This document shows positions 58,624 to 64,000 of a stretch of 64,000 bases of DNA, one piece after another. Numbering within the stretch: position 1 is the first letter of the stretch; each line of letters begins with the position of its first letter. Location: positions 2,688,001-2,752,000 of the forward strand of contig CBDCKW010000009.1 of the NCBI GenBank assembly GCA_965218435.1. Direction: 5' to 3'. A model generated the notes under the pieces. The model worked only from the letters and a program-made list of their open reading frames with translations. It had not been told where the DNA came from and did not search any database. The stretch comes from Truepera sp. GTDB taxonomy: Bacteria > Deinococcota > Deinococci > Deinococcales > Trueperaceae. The position numbers were made by a program, and so were the translations under genes.

Positions 58624-58809
58624 CTACCAGCTGGCTTTACGAACGCCGGGTAAAAATCCCTGGTGGGCCATCTCGCGTACACAGATGCGGCAGAGGTTAA
58701 AGTCGCGCAGGTAGCTTCTCGAGCGGCCACAGCGGGCGCAGCGGTTGACGTGACGCACCTCAAACTTGGGCGTCCGTTTCGATTTGGCGATATGTGCTTT
58801 GGTTGCCAT
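58624..58809 (-). CDS. rpsZ: 30S ribosomal protein S14, zinc-binding type Z
   Basis: 61 aa; RCARCGR...LCRIC; ends RKASW. Confidence 0.95.
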   Translation of the reverse strand: MATKAHIAKSKRTPKFEVRHVNRCARCGRSRSYLRDFNLCRICVREMAHQGFLPGVRKASW

Positions 58810-58827
58810 ACTCTTATACTCCTACTT

Positions 58828-59379
58828 TCACTTTCTAAAAGGCATCCCGAGCAGCTCTAAGAGGCTCCGGGCTTCTTCGTCGGTTTGGGCCGTTGTAACG
58901 ATAGAGACGTCCATCCCCCGCGTCGCGTCAACTTGGTCAATCGAGATTTCGGGAAACACGAGCTGTTCACGTAGGCCGAGCGTGTAGTTGCCGCGGCCGT
59001 CAAACGCGTTTGGATTGACGCCGCGAAAGTCGCGAACCCGCGGCAAAGCCACGTTAATGAGCTTTTCTAAAAAAACCCACATCCGCTCGCCGCGTAAGGT
59101 CACCTTAAGGCCGATGGGCATTCCGGCGCGGAGCTTGAAGTTCGACACCGACTTTTTGGCTTTGGTCACGACCGGGCGTTGCAAGGCAATCTGCGCCAAC
59201 TCGCGTGAGGCACGCTCAACGACTTTGGAGTCGTCGCGGGCTTCACCGAGGCCGATGTTGATAACGATCTTTTCTAACTTCGGCACCGCCATCACGTTTG
59301 AATAGTTGTGCCGCTCTTGCAGCTGAGCCCGTACGTCGTTTTGGTAGCGCCCTTTAAGCGCCACATCTACCTTACTCAT
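58828..59379 (-). CDS. rplE: 50S ribosomal protein L5
   Basis: [15 protein letters not shown] and LPRVRDFRG. Confidence 0.97.
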   Translation of the reverse strand: MSKVDVALKGRYQNDVRAQLQERHNYSNVMAVPKLEKIVINIGLGEARDDSKVVERASRELAQIALQRPVVTKAKKSVSNFKLRAGMPIGLKVTLRGERMWVFLEKLINVALPRVRDFRGVNPNAFDGRGNYTLGLREQLVFPEISIDQVDATRGMDVSIVTTAQTDEEARSLLELLGMPFRK

Positions 59380-59386
59380 ACCTCTC

Positions 59387-59719
59387 CTATTCGCCTAAGC
59401 GCACGCCGCTTTTACGGCTGACACGGATTTTGCGCTCACCGTCGAAGTCGGTGCCGATACGCGTCGGCGTCCCAGTTTTAGGGTCTAAGAGCTGAACGTT
59501 CGAGGCGTGAATGGCCGCTTCGCGTTCGTCAAAGCCGCCACGCGGGTTTTCTTGCGTCGGGCGGCGCGTCCGTTTGGTCAGGTTGACACCTTTGACGACC
59601 ACCCGGTTTTTTTCGGGCAGCACCGCGATGATCTCACCTTCAGCGCCGCGGTTTTTACCGGTCATGACGCGTACTCGGTCGCCGTTACGCAGACGGACAC
59701 GCGTTTTTGCACTTTTCAT
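59387..59719 (-). CDS. rplX: 50S ribosomal protein L24
   Basis: KOW motif [22 protein letters not shown]. Confidence 0.95.
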   Translation of the reverse strand: MKSAKTRVRLRNGDRVRVMTGKNRGAEGEIIAVLPEKNRVVVKGVNLTKRTRRPTQENPRGGFDEREAAIHASNVQLLDPKTGTPTRIGTDFDGERKIRVSRKSGVRLGE

Positions 59720-59786
59720 CTAGCTGCTCCTTTCACTATAAAATCACTATAAAAGCTGGTGGCGTAGGGTTTAACCGCACGTTCTA

Positions 59787-60155
59787 TCAGAGCACTTCGG
59801 GTGCGAGCGACACGATCCGCATAAAACGCCGTTCGCGGAGTTCGCGGGCGACCGGCCCGAAAACGCGGGTACCGCGCGGCTCGTTTTGGTTGTTGATAAT
59901 CACCGCAGCGTTGTTGTCAAAGCGGATGCTGCTGCCGTCAGCGCGGCTGATCTCTTTGGCGGTGCGAACAATAACCGCCCGAACGACATCACCTTTTTTG
60001 ACGCCGGCGCGGGGGATCGCGTCTTTCACCGCAGCGACGATTACGTCACCAACGCCGCCGACGAACTGTGATCCCGTACCCAACACGCGGATGCACTGGA
60101 TGCGGCGTGCGCCTGAGTTGTCGGCTACGTCAAGGTAAGATTCTTGCTGGATCAC
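59787..60155 (-). CDS. rplN: 50S ribosomal protein L14
   Basis: [15 protein letters not shown] and GPVARELR. Confidence 0.97.
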   Translation of the reverse strand: MIQQESYLDVADNSGARRIQCIRVLGTGSQFVGGVGDVIVAAVKDAIPRAGVKKGDVVRAVIVRTAKEISRADGSSIRFDNNAAVIINNQNEPRGTRVFGPVARELRERRFMRIVSLAPEVL

Positions 60156-60157
60156 GG

Positions 60158-60403
60158 CTAGCCCCTGGCTTTCTCGAGGAGCTTCGTGACCGCAAAGCGT
60201 TTGCGTTTGCTGATGGGGCGGCGAGTGATAATCTCGACCAGATCGCCCTCGTTGTATTCGTTGTTTTCGTCGTGCGCGAGGTACTTTTTCGATACTGCCA
60301 CGACTTTGCCGTAAAGCGGGTGCTTAAACCGGCGCTCGACCAGTACGGTGACGGTCTTTTCGGCCTTGTCGCTGACAACGCGCCCTTGGAGCGTCTTTTT
60401 CAT
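60158..60403 (-). CDS. rpsQ: 30S ribosomal protein S17
   Basis: GRVVSDK, HPLYGK and RPISK. Confidence 0.96.
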   Translation of the reverse strand: MKKTLQGRVVSDKAEKTVTVLVERRFKHPLYGKVVAVSKKYLAHDENNEYNEGDLVEIITRRPISKRKRFAVTKLLEKARG

Positions 60404-60591
60404 GCGTTTCCTTTCTCGGCGGCAATCGTCAGCAGCTGAGCGATTTCGCGCTTCGCCGTGCGGATACGGCGCGGGTTCGTCGCCTGCCCAACCGACGCCT
60501 GAATCCGCAAGTCGAGCAGCTCTTTGCGGCGCTTGTCCACCTCAGTGCTGAGTTCGGACGCGCTCAGGTTACGCAGCTCACTGGGCTTCAT
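60400..60591 (-). CDS. rpmC: 50S ribosomal protein L29
   Basis: MKPSELR...ELLDLR...[13 protein letters not shown]; operon position. Confidence 0.93.
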   Translation of the reverse strand: MKPSELRNLSASELSTEVDKRRKELLDLRIQASVGQATNPRRIRTAKREIAQLLTIAAEKGNA

Positions 60592-61003
60592 CGTAGACCT
60601 CACGTTTAACCATCTTGGTTTTGATCGGCAGTTTGTGTCCGGCTAAGCGAAACGCTTCTTTTGCCTGCGCCTCGGTGACGTTGGCCACTTCAAAGATGAT
60701 GCGGCCCGGTTTGACGACCGAAACCCAGTATTCAACGGCTCCCTTGCCTTTACCCATCCGGGTTTCAGCAGGTTTTTTGGTCACCGGTTTGTCGGGGAAA
60801 ATGCGGATATAAATTTTACCACCACGGCGAAAAAAGCGGCTCATGGTGATGCGGCACGCCTCGATCTGGTTCGACTTGATCCAAGCCGGTTCCATCGCTA
60901 CAAGGCCGTAGTCACCAAAGGCTACATAGTCGCCGCCTTTGGTGTCACCGGACATCCGTCCGCGCATCTGTTTACGATATTTTACGCGCTTAGGTAACAG
61001 CAT
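60578..61003 (-). CDS. rplP: 50S ribosomal protein L16
   Basis: [11 protein letters not shown] and RMGKGKG. Confidence 0.97.
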   Translation of the reverse strand: MLLPKRVKYRKQMRGRMSGDTKGGDYVAFGDYGLVAMEPAWIKSNQIEACRITMSRFFRRGGKIYIRIFPDKPVTKKPAETRMGKGKGAVEYWVSVVKPGRIIFEVANVTEAQAKEAFRLAGHKLPIKTKMVKREVYDEAQ

Positions 61004-61812
61004 TACTTACGCTCTTTCCTGTCAGCCGGTCGGCTACGACCCGGCCGGTCACTGCCACTATTCCCGCCACGTCCGGCACCGGGGCCACCTTCAGGGCGGC
61101 GGCGTGCTTGCGGGCGGCGGCGGCGGCGGTTCTTATCTTCGTCTTGCCGGGGGCGGGGTAAGTTGGCAGCGCGGCGCTGTTTGTCACCGACGATTTCGCC
61201 GTGAAACACCCACGCTTTAACGCCGATGACGCCGTAGGTGGTGCTGGCCCTAGCCGTGCCGTAGTCAATGTCGGCGCGAAGGGTTTGCAGCGGCACACGG
61301 CCGTCCATGTACGACTCGGGACGCGCTTGTTCAGAACCGCCCAAACGACCCGAGCAGCGAATTTTGACGCCCTGCGCACCCGACTCCATCGTCCGCTGAA
61401 TGGCTTGTTTCATCGCGCGGCGAAAGGCGAAGCGACGCTCGAGCTGCTCGGCAATACGCTGCGCAATCAAAGCACCGTTCGTATTCGGGTTGGCAACTTC
61501 TTGGACATTGACGGCAATCGTCCCGTCAATCACACCGTCGAGTTTGCTACGGAGTACTTTAATAGATTCGCCGCCGCGACCGATGACGACGCCTGGTTTT
61601 GCAGTGTGAATCGTCACGTTGATATTGTGTGCGGCACGTTCGATGTCAATGCGGGCGACACCCGAATGCCCCACGTCGGCCATCACGGTCTTACGGATAA
61701 TGTCGTCTTCGGCTAACAGCTTCGGGTACGTTTTGGTATTCGCGTACCACTTGGCCGAGGGCACCTTGTTGACACCCAAGCGGAAGCCGACGGGATTGAT
61801 CTTATTCCCCAT
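61003..61812 (-). CDS. rpsC: 30S ribosomal protein S3
   Basis: [15 protein letters not shown] domain, [14 protein letters not shown]. Confidence 0.97.
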   Translation of the reverse strand: MGNKINPVGFRLGVNKVPSAKWYANTKTYPKLLAEDDIIRKTVMADVGHSGVARIDIERAAHNINVTIHTAKPGVVIGRGGESIKVLRSKLDGVIDGTIAVNVQEVANPNTNGALIAQRIAEQLERRFAFRRAMKQAIQRTMESGAQGVKIRCSGRLGGSEQARPESYMDGRVPLQTLRADIDYGTARASTTYGVIGVKAWVFHGEIVGDKQRRAANLPRPRQDEDKNRRRRRPQARRRPEGGPGAGRGGNSGSDRPGRSRPADRKERK

Positions 61813-61815
61813 AGC

Positions 61816-62148
61816 TCACTTTTCCTCCAAAATGATGGTGATGTGGCTTGTACGTTTACGCATCAGGTCGGCGCGGCCACGGGCGCGCGGCAAGTAGCGT
61901 TTGATCACTGGACCCTCGTCAACCATGATCTTTGACACGACGAGGCTGTCTTCAAACATATCGTGGTTGTTGACCGCATTGGCTTTGGCGCTGCGCAAAA
62001 GTTTAAGCATCGGCGCGGCTGAGCTGCGCGGCGTAAACCGTAAGATGCTCTCGGCCTCGGTCACCGCTTTACCACGGATCAGGTCGGCGACGAGGCGCGT
62101 TTTTTGCGGCGTGACGCGGAGCATGGTGAGTTGCGCTTTCGCTTCCAC
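61816..62148 (-). CDS. rplV: 50S ribosomal protein L22
   Basis: KTRLVADLIRG, PRARGRA and TSHIT. Confidence 0.96.
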   Translation of the reverse strand: MEAKAQLTMLRVTPQKTRLVADLIRGKAVTEAESILRFTPRSSAAPMLKLLRSAKANAVNNHDMFEDSLVVSKIMVDEGPVIKRYLPRARGRADLMRKRTSHITIILEEK

Positions 62149-62414
62149 TACTTGCGGTTCCCGGCGTGAATACGGAAAGTACGCGTCGGTGAAAACTCGC
62201 CGAGTTTGTGGCCGACCATATTCTCTTGAATAAAGACCGGTACGTGCTGTTTGCCGTTATGCACGCCGATAGTCAACCCGATCATTTCGGGCACGATGGT
62301 GCTGCGGCGGCTCCAGGTGCGGATGACCTTGCGGTCATTTTTATCGTTAGCGACGTCGACTTTATCGAGCAAGTGATCGTCCACAAACGGGCCTTTTTTC
62401 ATGCTGCGTCCCAT
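62148..62414 (-). CDS. rpsS: 30S ribosomal protein S19
   Basis: KKGPFVD, TWSRRS and GHKLGEF. Confidence 0.97.
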   Translation of the reverse strand: MGRSMKKGPFVDDHLLDKVDVANDKNDRKVIRTWSRRSTIVPEMIGLTIGVHNGKQHVPVFIQENMVGHKLGEFSPTRTFRIHAGNRK

Positions 62415-62416
62415 GA

Positions 62417-63250
62417 TTAGCTTCCTTTCCGGCGGCGCACGATAAAGCGTGACGAAACCTTGCGTTTGGTCCGGGTTTTAAGCCCCTTGGCTTGCTGACC
62501 CCACGGGCTCACAGGTGGCCGACCACTGCTCGAGCGCCCTTCCCCACCGCCGTGCGGGTGGTCCACCGGGTTCATCGCGCGGCCCCGCTGGTGCGGTTTG
62601 CGGCCCATCCAACGGGTACGGCCCGCTTTCCCGTAGATGACGTTTTTATGTTCGGCGTTGCCGACGGTGCCGACGGTCGCGTAGCATTCACCGTGAACAC
62701 GGCGCAGCTCACCCGAAGGCAGACGTAAGGTCACGTAGTTGCCGTCACGCCCCTGAAGCTGCACACTTGTTCCAGCACTCCGCGACAACTGCGCACCTTT
62801 ACCGGGCACGAGTTCAACGTTATGAACGACCGTTCCGACCGGGATAAAGCGAAGGGGTAGGGCGTTGCCTAAAATCGGCTCAGCTTCCGGCCCAGCGACG
62901 ATATGACTGCCGACCACAAGGTTTTCCGGCGCGAGGATATAACGCTTCTCGCCGTCAACGTAGTTCAGAAGCGCGATGCGGGCACTGCGGTTCGGGTCGT
63001 ATTCAACCGTCGCAACTTTAGCGGGTACACCCTCTTTGTCGCGGCGGCGAAAGTCGATCACGCGGTAACGGCGTTTGTGACCGCCGCCCCGAAACCGTGA
63101 GGTGATGCGGCCCCGGTTGTTCCGGCCCCCGGTACGGCGCTGCGGCTCCAAGAGCGACTTTTCCGGCGTAGCGGTGGTGACTTCAGCAAAGTCCGAAGTC
63201 GTCATAAAACGTCTCGAGGGGGTATACGGACGGTATTTCTTAGTCGGCAT
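62417..63250 (-). CDS. rplB: 50S ribosomal protein L2
   Basis: [14 protein letters not shown] and [13 protein letters not shown]. Confidence 0.98.
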   Translation of the reverse strand: MPTKKYRPYTPSRRFMTTSDFAEVTTATPEKSLLEPQRRTGGRNNRGRITSRFRGGGHKRRYRVIDFRRRDKEGVPAKVATVEYDPNRSARIALLNYVDGEKRYILAPENLVVGSHIVAGPEAEPILGNALPLRFIPVGTVVHNVELVPGKGAQLSRSAGTSVQLQGRDGNYVTLRLPSGELRRVHGECYATVGTVGNAEHKNVIYGKAGRTRWMGRKPHQRGRAMNPVDHPHGGGEGRSSSGRPPVSPWGQQAKGLKTRTKRKVSSRFIVRRRKGS

Positions 63251-63252
63251 CT

Positions 63253-63540
63253 CTATACCAGCCCTTCAAGCTGCTGAATCCGTTGACCTGCGCGGAGCGT
63301 GACCATCGCTTTTTTGCGTTTTGGCCGGAGCCCACGGTAACGGCCCATCGTCTTCTCTTTGCCGCGCACAGTGCTGAGGTTGAGCTTAACGACGCTCACG
63401 CCAAAAACGAGTTCGACGGCATCTTTGATCTGGGTACGGTTCGCGTTTGGGTGAACGTAAAACACGTACTTGCTCGCCTCAATGCCCGTCAGGGCTTTTT
63501 CGCTCAGGACGGGGCGCAAGATCACATCATGCGGGTTCAT
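63253..63540 (-). CDS. rplW: 50S ribosomal protein L23
   Basis: PVLSEK, QIKDAVE and KKAMVTL. Confidence 0.95.
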   Translation of the reverse strand: MNPHDVILRPVLSEKALTGIEASKYVFYVHPNANRTQIKDAVELVFGVSVVKLNLSTVRGKEKTMGRYRGLRPKRKKAMVTLRAGQRIQQLEGLV

Positions 63541-64000
63541 GCGGCCTCCTCTTCAGCTTGTACGTCTTCAAAAATAGCGGCGTCGGCAACGATATGGTCG
63601 TAGCGCAAAATGTCGTAGACGTTAAGCGCGTGGCCGGGTAAAACGCCGACCCAAGGCAGGTTGCGCGCGGCGCGGCGAACGAGTTCATCGTCAGTAACGA
63701 GCAGCACGCGCTCGTTACCACTAAACCCATTGTCTTTGGCCCACGAGACAAACTCTTTGGTTTTGCCACCGATGCCGAACGACTCGACGAGCGTGAGCTT
63801 GCTGTCGTTCGCACGGGCGGCGAGCGCCATGCCGAGTCCCAAACGGCGGACGCGCTTCGGGAGTGAGTAGCCGTAGTCACGAGGTTGTGGCCCAAACGCG
63901 ATGCCCCCGCCGACAAAGATCGGCGCTTTATACGAGCCGTGCCGTGCGGCACCTGTTCCTTTTTGGGGGCGGCTTTTCGCCGTCGTACCGGAAACAGTGC
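63537..64000 (-). CDS. rplD: 50S ribosomal protein L4, 3' part (starts beyond the window)
   Basis: QKGTGAARHG, GGGIAFGP.PRDY and ARNLP. Confidence 0.95.
   Translation of the reverse strand, partial: TVSGTTAKSRPQKGTGAARHGSYKAPIFVGGGIAFGPQPRDYGYSLPKRVRRLGLGMALAARANDSKLTLVESFGIGGKTKEFVSWAKDNGFSGNERVLLVTDDELVRRAARNLPWVGVLPGHALNVYDILRYDHIVADAAIFEDVQAEEEAA

Noticed and set aside
59733..59754. 11-bp tandem duplication TCACTATAAAA between rplN and rplX
   Set aside because: Most likely a simple slippage duplication.
1..64000. CRISPR arrays, rRNA, tRNA, prophage or integrase genes
   Set aside because: No repeat-spacer arrays, cloverleaf or rRNA signatures, or phage genes were recognised by eye.

Overview
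Bacterial chromosomal window, most likely Deinococcota and Truepera-like. This is inferred from the short non-discriminating AspRS, a Rad52/DdrA-like protein, the carD-rsmA-pfkB gene order and many leaderless promoters. The right ~14 kb (50200-64000, minus strand) is the S10-spc-alpha ribosomal protein superoperon from partial rplD to rplQ. The left ~50 kb mixes housekeeping genes (uvrB, carD, rsmA, secA, tdk, aspS) with accessory genes: an AraC/DUF899/VOC cluster, a GH42 beta-galactosidase plus sugar ABC operon, a GH31 glucosidase, a GGDEF protein, MscS and an MFS transporter. Mobile DNA comprises an IS200 with a nonsense-mutated tnpA, an IS110 relic fused to a truncated pyrF, and an intact 2775-bp IS1595-family element. 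The IS1595 element has 31-bp TIRs and an 8-bp TSD, and carries a Dam-family methyltransferase, a small PD-(D/E)XK nuclease and a ParB/Srx-like ORF. It contains no GATC site, so it is a candidate transposon-borne restriction-modification or defence cassette. Other notable signals are a candidate Asp/Asn leader-peptide attenuator upstream of aspS, degenerate duplications of host gene ends flanking three accessory inserts, and strong over-representation of CTCGAG. No CRISPR array, rRNA or tRNA was seen. All calls come from reading the sequence by eye; no database searches were run.
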